Shown: one piece after another, positions 47,885 through 57,993 of the stretch
Layout: each line of letters starts with the position of its first letter
Numbering within the stretch: the first letter of the stretch is position 1
Source of the DNA: an uncultured Patescibacteria group bacterium
Lineage (GTDB): Bacteria > Patescibacteriota > Patescibacteriia > UBA2591 > CALHIP01
Assembly (NCBI GenBank): GCA_938030745.1
Contig: CALHIP010000026.1
Location: forward strand, 16,404 to 80,403
Reading direction: 5' to 3'
DNA length: 64,000 nucleotides
Position numbers and translations under genes: made by a program
Notes under the pieces: generated by a model
The model's database searches: none
What the model saw: only the letters and a program-made list of their open reading frames with translations
Told to the model about the DNA's origin: nothing

Positions 47885-49633
47885 TTATCTGGTAATTTCC
47901 TGCCCTTTTCCGATCAACCAAACTTCCGGCCATGGACGATAATGGGATTTCCAAACCTCCTCTTTTTTTTCACCATTAGGATAAATAATAATTCGGCTAA
48001 ATTCTGTATCTGCTCCAGCTACTGGTTTTTCAACTAATTTTTTCTCACCAGGTTTTAATTCCTCTGTCTCAATATACCTTACTGGTCCAGGAGGAACTAA
48101 ATTAAAAATTTTTGGCTGAGAAATTTCTACTTTCCGACCATCTGATGTGCCATATAATTCGAAAATTAATTTTGTTCCTTCAATTTTAGTTTGAAGTAAA
48201 AGCCAACTTGGATAATCATTGATGAATCGAAAATCTGGTGAAGGGTTATAAATTGTTGCATCAACTCCAGCTGGTTCATAATAAATAACCCGAAAAGCAT
48301 GAGGTACTCGTTGAGTAATTGGCAAACCAGCATTAAGGGCGACTCTAAAAGCTGTTGTTCCAATTTGACAAAGTCCTCCACCCAATTCCGGAATAGTTCG
48401 ATCTCCTTTAATAACTAATTCTGGTAGATAACCTTTTGCTTCACTAATTTCGCCAAGTGCTTTAAGCAAAGAAAATTCCTCATTTGGTTTAATTAAAAGA
48501 CCATTTAAAGTTTGTGCTCCAATTTTTATATTATGAATTCTATTTTTTGGACTGCCTTTAAAATCTGATTCTCCTCGACCAACCAGTTCTTTGATTCCTA
48601 ATTGATTAATATCTTCAATAAAAAGAGAAGGTTTTTCTATATTTACTTCCAACCCTATTTCTTTCAAATTTGAAAAAATAAAATTTTTAATTTTTTCTGC
48701 ATTTTTTTCTATCTCTAATTTCCTTCCTTCTTTTGCTAATTGAAATTCAACAACCCGATTATTTTCTATTTTAAATTTTGCTTCTTGAACAGGTTGATCT
48801 ATTTCTTTAGCAACTTCTTTTAAAAAAATAATTATTTTTTCTTTATCTAAATCAAAGCTTATTTTTTTACCTTCTTTTTTAAAGCTTAACCATTCTTTCA
48901 ATTGTTTTTTGGTAATCACCCATTTTTTTTGACCATAAAATAAAGAAATTGGTGCTAAATCAATTATTTTTTCTGCTTCTGATAGAGAAATTTCAATATC
49001 TCTTTGATAAATTTCTGGATACACAGTAACCTTTTCTATTTTTATTGGCTCTAAATTAAGATCAGAAAGATTCTTTTTTAAATCATCTATTGTTTTTTGA
49101 TAATTAAAACTAAATCCCTCTTCTTCTTTAATTATTTTCCATTTTTCCGCTTCATATTTTAAAGAAGCATCTTTTGCTTTTTTCTCTAATTCTTTAAAAT
49201 TTGATTCAAGAATTTTATAGATTTCATTTTCATTTAATTCAAGAATTAATGAGATCTTTTTAACTTCTTTTAAACCGAAAGGAAATTTTTCAGAGAATAA
49301 AAGAAAAATTTTTTCAATTGTTTCTTCTGGTTTAAAATAAATAATTCTTCTAGTTAAATCAGGGTCAGTTAAAGCAATAATAACTGGATAAATAGTAATT
49401 TCTTTTTCGTCAGAAAAAATTTTAATTCCTTCTTTTTCAATTTGATTAATTTTCTCTTCTAAAAAAACTTTTAAATCTTTTTTAGAAAAACCTTTAAGGT
49501 TGTAATTTCCTAAATAAAGATTGCCTAAAATTTTATCAGCACATTTCTTTTGATAATAGATAAGAAAATAAAAAAGTAAGATAATCAAAAATAAAATAAA
49601 AAAAAGATAAATTTTTATCTTGCCATTCTTCAT
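47885..49633 (-). CDS. VanW-family membrane-anchored protein
   Basis: N-terminal TM helix. The C-terminal block LGGGLCQIGTTAFRVALNAGLPITQRVPHAF…YYEPAGVDATIY is VanW-like. Confidence 0.65.
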   Translation of the reverse strand: MKNGKIKIYLFFILFLIILLFYFLIYYQKKCADKILGNLYLGNYNLKGFSKKDLKVFLEEKINQIEKEGIKIFSDEKEITIYPVIIALTDPDLTRRIIYFKPEETIEKIFLLFSEKFPFGLKEVKKISLILELNENEIYKILESNFKELEKKAKDASLKYEAEKWKIIKEEEGFSFNYQKTIDDLKKNLSDLNLEPIKIEKVTVYPEIYQRDIEISLSEAEKIIDLAPISLFYGQKKWVITKKQLKEWLSFKKEGKKISFDLDKEKIIIFLKEVAKEIDQPVQEAKFKIENNRVVEFQLAKEGRKLEIEKNAEKIKNFIFSNLKEIGLEVNIEKPSLFIEDINQLGIKELVGRGESDFKGSPKNRIHNIKIGAQTLNGLLIKPNEEFSLLKALGEISEAKGYLPELVIKGDRTIPELGGGLCQIGTTAFRVALNAGLPITQRVPHAFRVIYYEPAGVDATIYNPSPDFRFINDYPSWLLLQTKIEGTKLIFELYGTSDGRKVEISQPKIFNLVPPGPVRYIETEELKPGEKKLVEKPVAGADTEFSRIIIYPNGEKKEEVWKSHYRPWPEVWLIGKGQEITR

Positions 49634-50094
49634 TTTTTTATTTCTACCTTTCTTGATGTTGTTTTTTCTTCTTTCTTTGGCAAAATAATAGTTAAGATTC
49701 CATTTTTTAAACTTGCTTTAGCTTCTTCAATTTTTATTTCGCTTGGTAAAATAACTGTTCTTGAAAATCGTCCCCAAAAACATTCCTGATAAAAATAATC
49801 TTTTTCTTCTATTTCCTCTTCTTTTCTCCTTATTCCTTTAATTGTTAAAATATCTTTATCAATAATTATTTCTAAATCTTGAGGAGAGACGCCAGCTAAT
49901 GCTGATTTGACAATAATATTATTTTTTTTGTCTTGATAAATATCCAAAGAAAGCTTTCCTTCGGAAGTTTCTGGAAACCAAAATTCTTTTTTCTTTTCTA
50001 TCGGCGTCTCTTCTTTCTTTATTTCTTTACCTGTTTTTTTTAAATCTGCCTCAGATAATCTTGTAATTTTGCTCCAAAAAGATTGTTTTGCCAT
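49630..50094 (-). CDS. Hsp20/alpha-crystallin small heat-shock protein
   Basis: ACD pattern SLDIYQDKKNNIIVKSALAGVSPQDLEI…FWGRFSRTVILP…NGILTIILPK. Confidence 0.8.
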   Translation of the reverse strand: MAKQSFWSKITRLSEADLKKTGKEIKKEETPIEKKKEFWFPETSEGKLSLDIYQDKKNNIIVKSALAGVSPQDLEIIIDKDILTIKGIRRKEEEIEEKDYFYQECFWGRFSRTVILPSEIKIEEAKASLKNGILTIILPKKEEKTTSRKVEIKK

Positions 50095-50100
50095 AATTTT

Positions 50101-50565
50101 CTAAGATTTTGGCGGAGATTTTAATATCTTTTTAAGAGAAGTAATAAAATTTAATAAGTTAGCTAAAAAAATAATAATTAATGATGCTAAAGCAAGAAAA
50201 AGAGCTAAAAGGTAAAATCCAAAACCAATAATTAAGCCAACTAAACAGATAAGTAAAATGATAAAAAGAGAATTAAGCGCCTCTTTTATTTCTTCTTTTT
50301 TGATTATAGTTTGGCCAATAAAAAAAATTCCTAAAATTAAAGTAGCTGGTAAAATAGTCAGATCAATTTTCGAGTAAAGACTAGAAAAGATTTTTAATAA
50401 AAATAAACTAACACCAGTACTAAATAAAGAGACCAAGAAATAGACCTCTGGTTTTAAAATTTTTTCTTTATTTTTTCTAAACCAATAAATAAATAAAGCA
50501 AAAATTAAAGATAAAGTTAAACGAAAAATAATTTGAATGAGTTTAGGCATATTTTTATTTTTCAA
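50101..50565 (-). CDS. Polytopic membrane protein, unknown
   Basis: 154 aa with 4 TM helices. Confidence 0.35.
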   Translation of the reverse strand: MKNKNMPKLIQIIFRLTLSLIFALFIYWFRKNKEKILKPEVYFLVSLFSTGVSLFLLKIFSSLYSKIDLTILPATLILGIFFIGQTIIKKEEIKEALNSLFIILLICLVGLIIGFGFYLLALFLALASLIIIFLANLLNFITSLKKILKSPPKS

Positions 50566-51304
50566 TAATAAGCCCCCTTTTTTCTCCTTCTAAAATATCC
50601 TTTCCTTTACCTGGCCAGTCATGAATAGCTTGATAAATTATTTCTGAAGGATAAGAAAATTTTTCACCCCTTTTTGTTCCTGGATCATTAGTAATAATTT
50701 TATCTTTGCTATAACCACGAATAACTAGCATATGATAATAAGGGCCTGGTCGACGATAATAGGGATTATTAAGTAATCGGCCAGCTACTGGCACAATTAT
50801 CGGATTACCATTTGAAAGTTCTTTTTTGATTTTCTCAATTGTTATTTTATCTAAAATTCTAATTTTTTGCCAATGGTAATATTTTTCTGCTAATTCTTTT
50901 AATTCTTCTAAAGTTAAATCTTTATGTTTACCCCAATTTTTTATTTGCCAAGCAACCAGATCTTGAATTTCTTTTTCAGCAATTTGTTTATTTAATTTTT
51001 TTCCATTTAGAAAATAATTAACCATAATTAAAGCTGCTTCTTCACAAGCATTGTTGTGTAAACTGTCCCAAATTGCATAAGGAGCTTGTGGGGTGAAAGG
51101 AACTGGTAAATCAATTTTTTCTGGTAAATTTTGATTTTCCGATTTTTCAACTTCAGTTTTTGTAATAGCACTCTTTTCTTCTTTTCTAACCGAAAGATTT
51201 AAGAAAAAAAGAGAACTAAAAAGTTGATAACCTACCATTACTAAAAGGGTAAAAATAGTTAATAAAGTAAAAAATTTTTTTATTTTCTCTTCCTTTAATT
51301 TCAT
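50555..51304 (-). CDS. Membrane-anchored C39-like (papain-fold) peptidase-domain protein
   Basis: N-terminal TM helix. The candidate catalytic Cys is in SLHNNACEEAALIMV and the His in YYHMLVIRGY. This resembles the Peptidase_C39_2/BtrH-like family. Confidence 0.45.
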   Translation of the reverse strand: MKLKEEKIKKFFTLLTIFTLLVMVGYQLFSSLFFLNLSVRKEEKSAITKTEVEKSENQNLPEKIDLPVPFTPQAPYAIWDSLHNNACEEAALIMVNYFLNGKKLNKQIAEKEIQDLVAWQIKNWGKHKDLTLEELKELAEKYYHWQKIRILDKITIEKIKKELSNGNPIIVPVAGRLLNNPYYRRPGPYYHMLVIRGYSKDKIITNDPGTKRGEKFSYPSEIIYQAIHDWPGKGKDILEGEKRGLIIEK

Positions 51305-52938
51305 CTTTTAATTGCTATTTTAATAAATTCTTTAAACAAAGGATGAGGAGAAAGTGGTCTTGATTTAAATTCTGGATGAAACTGAGTTGCTAAAAAGAAA
51401 GGATGATTTTTTAATTCAATAATCTCAATTAAGTTTGATTCTGGATTAATTCCAGAAAAAACTAGACCCTTTTTCTCTAAAATTTCTTTAAATTGATTAT
51501 TAACTTCATAACGATGGCGATGTCTTTCAAAGACAATTGGTTCTTTTACTTTTTTATTATTAAAGTAGGCTCGATAAGCCAAAGTTTTTTCTTTTATCAA
51601 ACATGGATAAGCACCCAATCTCATACTTCCACCATAATGAGCCTTTTGAATCTTTTTTAACTGTTCTGGCATTAAATCAACAACTGGATATTTAGTTTTA
51701 GGATTAATTTCTGTAGAGTGAGCACCTTTAAGATTAGCAACATTTCTAGCAAATTCGACTACTGCTAATTGAAGACCAAAACAAAGACCTAAAAATGGAA
51801 TTTTATTTCTTCGTGCATAAGAAATTGCTCTAATTTTTCCTTCTGTTCCTCGCGAACCAAAACCACCTGGAACAATTAAGCCATTAAAATTTTTTAATTC
51901 TTTTAAAGATTTGGGATCTTTTTCATATTTTTCTGATTCGATCCAAGAAATTATTGGTTTTCTTTCGAAAAACCAGGAAGCATGTTTTATCGCTTCAATC
52001 ACCGAAAGATAAGAATCAGTTAAAGTAAATTCACCAGTCATAAAATATTTACCAACAATACCAATTTTTACCTCCTTTTTTACCGTTTTAATTGTTTTGA
52101 CTAATCTTCCCCAATCTTTCAAATTTTTCTTTTTTATTCGTAGGTTAAATTTTTTAAGAATTTTTTTACCAAGGCCCTCCTTTTCAAAATTTAAAGGAAT
52201 CTCATAAATCGAATCAACATCTGGTGCTGAAATTACATCTTCTTCTTTAACATTACAAAAAACAGAAATTTTTCTTTTCCGAATTTGATCTAAAGGAGTT
52301 TTAGCTCGACATAAAATAAAATCTGGTTGAATTCCTACTTCATTTAAAAGCCGAGAGGCTTGTTGGGTTGGTTTAGTTTTCATTTCACCCAATTTTTCAG
52401 GAATTGGTAAATAAGAAACTAAAATAAAAAGGACATTTTTAGGATTTTCCAAGTGCATCATCCTCGCTGCTTCTAAATATAAAACATTTTGATATTCTCC
52501 AACTGTTCCACCAATTTCAACTAAGATAAAATCAGCTTTTGTTTTTTGACTTACCCTTTTTATTCTTCTTATCACTTCTTCAGAAATATGGGGAATTGCT
52601 TCAACACATTTTCCCTTATATTCTAATCTCCTTTCCCTATTAATCACTGCTTGATAAACCCGGCCAGTAGTCATATAGTTATCAGAATAGATATTTTCAT
52701 CAAGAAATCTCTCATAAATACCAATGTCTTGATCAGTTTCATCACCATCTTCGGTAACAAAAACTTCACCATGTTCAGTAGGATTCATTGTCCCAGCATC
52801 GACATTGATATAAGGATCAATCTTAATAGCTGTTGTTTTATAACCATAAGATTTCAAGATTCTGCCGATTGAAGCAGTAGCTGTTCCTTTACCAACGCCA
52901 GATAAAACACCACCGATGATAAAAATATAACGAGTCAT
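51301..52938 (-). CDS. pyrG: CTP synthase
   Basis: YIFIIGGVLSGVGKG… at the N-terminus and a GATase C-terminus (GLCFGLQL…H.E). Confidence 0.95.
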   Translation of the reverse strand: MTRYIFIIGGVLSGVGKGTATASIGRILKSYGYKTTAIKIDPYINVDAGTMNPTEHGEVFVTEDGDETDQDIGIYERFLDENIYSDNYMTTGRVYQAVINRERRLEYKGKCVEAIPHISEEVIRRIKRVSQKTKADFILVEIGGTVGEYQNVLYLEAARMMHLENPKNVLFILVSYLPIPEKLGEMKTKPTQQASRLLNEVGIQPDFILCRAKTPLDQIRKRKISVFCNVKEEDVISAPDVDSIYEIPLNFEKEGLGKKILKKFNLRIKKKNLKDWGRLVKTIKTVKKEVKIGIVGKYFMTGEFTLTDSYLSVIEAIKHASWFFERKPIISWIESEKYEKDPKSLKELKNFNGLIVPGGFGSRGTEGKIRAISYARRNKIPFLGLCFGLQLAVVEFARNVANLKGAHSTEINPKTKYPVVDLMPEQLKKIQKAHYGGSMRLGAYPCLIKEKTLAYRAYFNNKKVKEPIVFERHRHRYEVNNQFKEILEKKGLVFSGINPESNLIEIIELKNHPFFLATQFHPEFKSRPLSPHPLFKEFIKIAIKR

Positions 52939-52943
52939 AAAAT

Positions 52944-53531
52944 TTATTTTTTAGAGACAAAAAGATTTCCTTTAATATAAAATCTCCATTTTTTATTTGC
53001 CCAATATTTACCAGCATAATCAATTCCAATTCTTGGTCGAGCAACAATTTCTGATTTTTTTATTTTTATTCCCCTATCTTCTATCCAAATTCTTTTACTT
53101 TTTGTCAAATCTTCTCCATAAAAAGATTTATCAAGTTTTAAATAACGACATAATTTACCTGGTCCGGAAGTTAATTTTTTATTTTTTGATTTTTGATTTT
53201 CTTCTATTATAACTGGCTCAAGAGCTCGAATCAAGACACAGCGCGGCAACCCCCTTTTTTCTGTTGAGATATTTAATTGCCAATACATCCCATAGACCAA
53301 ATAAATATAAACATGGCCACCAATTAAATATTCAGCCCTATTTCTTTTTGTTCTTTTCATTTTATAACCATGCGAGGCTTTATCTTGTGGTCCAATATAA
53401 GCTTCAGTTTCAACAATTTTACCTGCTAAAATTTTATTTTTATATTTCCTAACCAAAAATTTTCCTAATAAATCTTTGGCTACTTCCAATGTCGGTCTAA
53501 CAAAAAATTTCCTTGTTAATCTTTTTATCAT
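52944..53531 (-). CDS. mpg: DNA-3-methyladenine glycosylase (AAG/Mpg family)
   Basis: FFVRPTLEVAKDLLGKFLVRK…ETEAYIGPQDKASHGYKMKRTKRNRAEYLIGGHVYIYLVYGMYW. Confidence 0.9.
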   Translation of the reverse strand: MIKRLTRKFFVRPTLEVAKDLLGKFLVRKYKNKILAGKIVETEAYIGPQDKASHGYKMKRTKRNRAEYLIGGHVYIYLVYGMYWQLNISTEKRGLPRCVLIRALEPVIIEENQKSKNKKLTSGPGKLCRYLKLDKSFYGEDLTKSKRIWIEDRGIKIKKSEIVARPRIGIDYAGKYWANKKWRFYIKGNLFVSKK

Positions 53532-53575
53532 TTTTAAGATTTTAGATCAATCTTTATTTTTTGGCAAATAAAAAA

Positions 53576-53649
53576 TGGGCTCGGCCCGACTCGAACGGGC
53601 GACCTTTACGATGTCAACGTAACGCTCTAACCAACTGAGCTACGAGCCC
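53576..53649 (-). tRNA. tRNA-Val (anticodon GAC); CCA not encoded
   Basis: Reverse complement GGGCTCG-TA-GCTC-AGTTGGTTA-GAGC-G-TTACG-TTGACAT-CGTAA-AGGTC-GCCCG-TTCGAGT-CGGGC-CGAGCCC-A. Confidence 0.85.
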
Positions 53650-53684
53650 ACTATTTATTATAATTATAACAAATTATTTCAAAT

Positions 53685-53713
53685 TTGACAATCCTTCCTA
53701 AAAAGGTTAAATT
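53685..53713 (+). promoter_or_regulatory. Sigma70-type promoter: TTGACA (53685-53690), 17 nt, TAAATT (53708-53713), upstream of guaB
   Basis: Read directly. ATG at 53737. Confidence 0.4.
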
Positions 53714-53736
53714 ATTCATTAGGTAGATCTTAAAAA

Positions 53737-55230
53737 ATGGCGAAATTACATTCTGATTTAAAAAATAAAGAATTTTGGTATAAAGATATTACTTTAATTC
53801 CTAACCGTTTGCCTGATTTTGAAAGAGATGAAGTTGATTTAACTACCAATTTTACAAAAAAAATTGTTTTGAAAACTCCTCTCGTTTCTTCACCAATGGA
53901 TACAGTGACTGAAGCTGAAATGGCAATTTTAATGGCCTTACATGGCGGAATTGGAGTAATTCATTATAATTTTCCAACAATTGATCAACAGATTAAGGAA
54001 GTTGAAAAAGTTAAAAGATTTCAGGCTGGCTTTGTTTTCAATCCAGTTGTTTTATCTCCAGAAAATAAAATTAAAGATGTTTACGATATTAACGAGAAAT
54101 ATGGTTTCTTTAGTGTTCCAATTACTGAAGATGGAACTTTAAATACAAAATTAATTGGAATTGTTACTCACCGCGATGTTAGATATAGAAAAGATATAGA
54201 GACAAAATTAAGAGAAGTTATGACACCAAAGGAAAGATTAATTGTTGCTAAAAAGTCAGAGACGATTGACAAAAAAGATATTTTAGCAGCAGAAAAAATT
54301 CTAAGAAAACATAATTTAGATACCCTACCAATAATTGATGAAGAGGAAAAAATTATTGCTTTAGTTACTGATTCTGATATTAGAAAAATTGAAAAATATC
54401 CTTTGTCAACAAGAAACGAGAATCATCAATTAAGAGTTTTTATTGCTGTTGAGTCAAGATTAGTTTTGGCTAAAGAAAGGATTAAAAAGGCGATTGAGTT
54501 TGATGTTGATGGAATTGTTATTGATGCTAGTGTTGTCTTTAAAGAACAATTGGAAATTGCTAAATGGGCAAAGAAAAATTTTCCAAAATTGGAAGTAGTA
54601 GTGGGAAATGTTGATTCAGCTCAAATGGTTGAAAAAATTTTAAAAGAAGCAGCAAATTTTGTTGATGCTTTAAGAGTTGGAATTGGGCCTGGCAGTGCTT
54701 GCATTACTCAGCAAAGATTAGGAACTGGTCGAGCTCAAGCTTCAGCAGTTTGGGAATGTGCTCAGACAGTTAAAAAATTGGAATCAAAATATGGTTTTAT
54801 CCCAATTATTGCTGATGGCGGAATAAAAGTTCCTGATTCTGAAGAAATAAATGAGCCAGGAGATATCACTAAAGCTTTAGCTTTAGGAGCTCAGACAGTA
54901 ATGATGGGGTTTCTTTTGGCTGGTTTAGATGAATCTCCTGGTGAAAAGGAATTTGACTATCAAGAAAATAAAATGGTTAAAAAATATCGAGGTATGGGCT
55001 CATTAGAAGCGATGGAACAGAGATCAGCAGTAAGATACGCTGTTGATAAAACAAAAATTAAAATTGCTGAAGGAATAGTTATTAAAGTTCCTTATCGTGG
55101 CTCAGGCTATGATTTTTTGCCAAAATTAATTGCTGGAATAAAACAAAGTTTTCAAAAACAAGGATTTAAAAATATTAAAGAGCTTCAAGAAGAAGCTGAT
55201 ATTAGACCTTTATTTTATGAAAAAAAATAA
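53737..55230 (+). CDS. guaB: IMP dehydrogenase (with CBS pair)
   Basis: VSSPMDTVTE…, CBS region, active-site loop GIGPGSACITQ. Confidence 0.85.
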   Translation: MAKLHSDLKNKEFWYKDITLIPNRLPDFERDEVDLTTNFTKKIVLKTPLVSSPMDTVTEAEMAILMALHGGIGVIHYNFPTIDQQIKEVEKVKRFQAGFVFNPVVLSPENKIKDVYDINEKYGFFSVPITEDGTLNTKLIGIVTHRDVRYRKDIETKLREVMTPKERLIVAKKSETIDKKDILAAEKILRKHNLDTLPIIDEEEKIIALVTDSDIRKIEKYPLSTRNENHQLRVFIAVESRLVLAKERIKKAIEFDVDGIVIDASVVFKEQLEIAKWAKKNFPKLEVVVGNVDSAQMVEKILKEAANFVDALRVGIGPGSACITQQRLGTGRAQASAVWECAQTVKKLESKYGFIPIIADGGIKVPDSEEINEPGDITKALALGAQTVMMGFLLAGLDESPGEKEFDYQENKMVKKYRGMGSLEAMEQRSAVRYAVDKTKIKIAEGIVIKVPYRGSGYDFLPKLIAGIKQSFQKQGFKNIKELQEEADIRPLFYEKK

Positions 55231-56404
55231 AAGAAAAATTTATTTTGATTATGCTGCTACTACTCCTGTTGATCCAAGAGTGGTGAAAGTAATGCTTCCT
55301 TATTTTTCAAAAAAATTTGGTAATACAATGTCTTTACATTCTTTTGGTCAGGAAGTAAAGGAGATTTTAGAAGAAAGTAGAGAAAAAGTGGCAAGTTTGA
55401 TAGGAGCAAAGCCAAACGAAATTATCTTTACTTCTTCAGCAACTGAGAGTAATAATCTGGCTTTAAAGGGAATTGCTTTTGCCAATAAAAATCGAGGGAA
55501 TCACATTATCATTTCTTCGATTGAACATCCTTGCGTTATGGAAAGTGCAAAATGGTTAGAAAGTCAAGGGTTTGAAATCACAAGATTAAAAGTTGATAAA
55601 TATGGTTTAGTTAATCCAGAAGATGTTAAAAAAGCAATCAAAAAAGAGACAATTTTAGTTTCGATAATGCATGCTAATAATGAAATTGGAACAATAGAAC
55701 CTATTGAAGAAATTGGAAAGATAATAAAATCAGAAATCAGAAATCAAAATTCAAAAATTTATTTTCACACTGATGCTGCCCAAACTCTAGGGAAAATTCC
55801 AGTAGATGTAAATAAATTAGGGGTTGATTTACTCACTGGTTCTTCTCATAAAATATATGGTCCAAAAGGAGCAGCTTGTCTTTATATTAGAGAAGGCACG
55901 AAAATTACTCCTTTACTTCATGGCGGAGGCCATGAAATGGGTTTAAGGTCTTCTACTGTTAATGTTCCAGCTATTGTTGGTTTTGCCGAAGCTTTAGAAA
56001 TTGCTAAAAAAGAAATGAAAAAAGAAAATGAAAGACTTTCCAAACTAAGGGAAAAATTAGAAAAAGGGATTTTAAAAAAGATTAAAAATGCTCATTTGGT
56101 TGGTCATCCTCAAAAAAGACTTCCGAATATTGCCAATTTTTGGTTTGAAGGAGTAGAAGGAGAATCAGTTGTGATTGAATTGGATCTTTTAGGAATTGCT
56201 GTTTCAACCGGCTCTGCCTGCTCTTCTGAAAAATTAGAGGCAAGCCATGTCTTATTAGCAACTGGCCTTAAACCTCATCAAGCCCATAGTTCTTTAAGAC
56301 TGAGTTTAGGAAGATGGACAAAAGAAAAAGATATAGATTATGTTTTAAAGGTTTTACCAAAAGTAATTAAAAGATTAAGATTAATTTCACCAACTTTTAA
56401 ATAA
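55217..56404 (+). CDS. iscS: Cysteine desulfurase (class V aminotransferase, IscS/NifS)
   Basis: IYFDYAATTPVDPRV…SSHKIYGPKGAACLYIR…SACSS. Confidence 0.9.
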   Translation: MKKNKRKIYFDYAATTPVDPRVVKVMLPYFSKKFGNTMSLHSFGQEVKEILEESREKVASLIGAKPNEIIFTSSATESNNLALKGIAFANKNRGNHIIISSIEHPCVMESAKWLESQGFEITRLKVDKYGLVNPEDVKKAIKKETILVSIMHANNEIGTIEPIEEIGKIIKSEIRNQNSKIYFHTDAAQTLGKIPVDVNKLGVDLLTGSSHKIYGPKGAACLYIREGTKITPLLHGGGHEMGLRSSTVNVPAIVGFAEALEIAKKEMKKENERLSKLREKLEKGILKKIKNAHLVGHPQKRLPNIANFWFEGVEGESVVIELDLLGIAVSTGSACSSEKLEASHVLLATGLKPHQAHSSLRLSLGRWTKEKDIDYVLKVLPKVIKRLRLISPTFK

Positions 56405-56405
56405 A

Positions 56406-56909
56406 ATGCCAATTTATTCAAAAAAAATTATTCAACATTTTAAAAGGCCGAAAAATGTTGGAAAGATTAAAAATCCGAACGGGACAGGAGAAGCTGGAAA
56501 TTTACTTTGTGGTGATTTAATGAAACTTTATTTAAAAATTGGAAAGAATAAAAAGAATGAAGAATTCATTAAAGATATAAAATTTGAAACTTTGGGTTGT
56601 GCTGTAGCTGTGGCAAATACAAGTTTACTAACGACCTTAGTCAAAGGAAAGACAATAAAAGAAGCGCTAGAAATAAAAAAAGAAGATCTAATAGAAAAAT
56701 TAGGCAAACCCCTCCCTCCTTTTAAAATTCACTGTTCCATTTTAGCTGTCGATGCTTTAAAAGAGGCAATTTATGATTATTATAAAAGAAGTGGTAAAAA
56801 AATCCCTCCTGAATTAGAAATAGAGCATCAAAGGATAACTAGAATAAAAAATCAGGCAGAAGGAAGGTATAAAGAATTTAGAAAACTAGAAGAAGAAGTT
56901 TTAAAATAG
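56406..56909 (+). CDS. iscU: Fe-S cluster scaffold protein (IscU/NifU N-domain)
   Basis: NPNGTGEAGNLLCGDLMKLYL…ETLGCAVAVA…HCS. Confidence 0.85.
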   Translation: MPIYSKKIIQHFKRPKNVGKIKNPNGTGEAGNLLCGDLMKLYLKIGKNKKNEEFIKDIKFETLGCAVAVANTSLLTTLVKGKTIKEALEIKKEDLIEKLGKPLPPFKIHCSILAVDALKEAIYDYYKRSGKKIPPELEIEHQRITRIKNQAEGRYKEFRKLEEEVLK

Positions 56910-56910
56910 T

Positions 56911-57990
56911 ATGGCTAAAAAAGTAATTTGCGCCCTCTCAGGCGGATTGGATTCTTCGGTAGCTGCCAGTCTTTTAAAAAAGGCTGGTTTTGATGTTATT
57001 GGAGTTTTTATGAAGTTTTGGTCAGAGCCTGAGAAAAATGGGTTGGTCGGAGCTTCAAACAGATGTTGTTCTTTAGAGGCAGAAATTAGAGCAAGAAAAA
57101 TAGCAAAAATTTTAAAAATTCCTTTTTATGTTTTCGATTTTTCTAAAGAATTTAAAAAGAAAATCGTTGATTATTTTTTGAAAAACTACCAGAAAGGAAT
57201 TACTCCAAATCCTTGTGTTGTTTGTAACAAAGAAATAAAATTTGGATTGTTATTAAAAAAGGCCTTAGCTTTAGGCGCTGATTTTGTCGCTACCGGTCAT
57301 TATGCTAAGATAAAAATCAAAAATCAAAGATCAAAAATTAAAACTTACCATTTAATAAGGGCAAAGGATAAGAATAAAGATCAATCGTATTTTTTATGGA
57401 TGCTGAATCAAGAAAAGTTAAAAAGAATTTTGTTTCCTATTGGAGATTTTACTCGAAATGAGGTTGAAAATTTAGCGAAAAAATTTAAGTTGCCAGTTTT
57501 AAAATTAAAAAAATCAGTTGAAATCTGTTTTATCCAAACGACAATAAATGATTTTTTAAAAAAATATTTAAAAGAAAAAATAGGAAAGATTGTTAATTCA
57601 GAAGGAGAAATTTTAGGAGAACATCGAGGGCTTTGGTTTTATACTCTTGGTCAAAGAAAAGGAATTCCTCTTTCTGGCGGACCGTATTATGTTTTAGATA
57701 AAAATCTAAAGAGAAATCTTTTGATTGTCACTAAAAAAGAAAAAGATTTATACAAAAAAGAATTAATTGCCAAAAATGTTAATTGGATTTCTGGAAGTCA
57801 ACCAAAATTGCCAATAAAAATAAAAGCGAAAATTCGTTATCGACAAAATTTAGCTTCAGCAACGATTTTCAAATTAAATTTTAAAAGTTATAAATTAAAG
57901 TTTGATAAACCTCAAAGAGCTATTACTCCTGGTCAATCAGTGGTTTTTTATAAAGGTGAAGAAGTTTTAGGAGGAGGAATAATCTCATAA
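56911..57990 (+). CDS. mnmA: tRNA-specific 2-thiouridylase
   Basis: KVICALSGGLDSSVAA (PP-loop), …CN.EIKF…ATGHYA. Confidence 0.9.
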   Translation: MAKKVICALSGGLDSSVAASLLKKAGFDVIGVFMKFWSEPEKNGLVGASNRCCSLEAEIRARKIAKILKIPFYVFDFSKEFKKKIVDYFLKNYQKGITPNPCVVCNKEIKFGLLLKKALALGADFVATGHYAKIKIKNQRSKIKTYHLIRAKDKNKDQSYFLWMLNQEKLKRILFPIGDFTRNEVENLAKKFKLPVLKLKKSVEICFIQTTINDFLKKYLKEKIGKIVNSEGEILGEHRGLWFYTLGQRKGIPLSGGPYYVLDKNLKRNLLIVTKKEKDLYKKELIAKNVNWISGSQPKLPIKIKAKIRYRQNLASATIFKLNFKSYKLKFDKPQRAITPGQSVVFYKGEEVLGGGIIS

Positions 57991-57993
57991 ATT

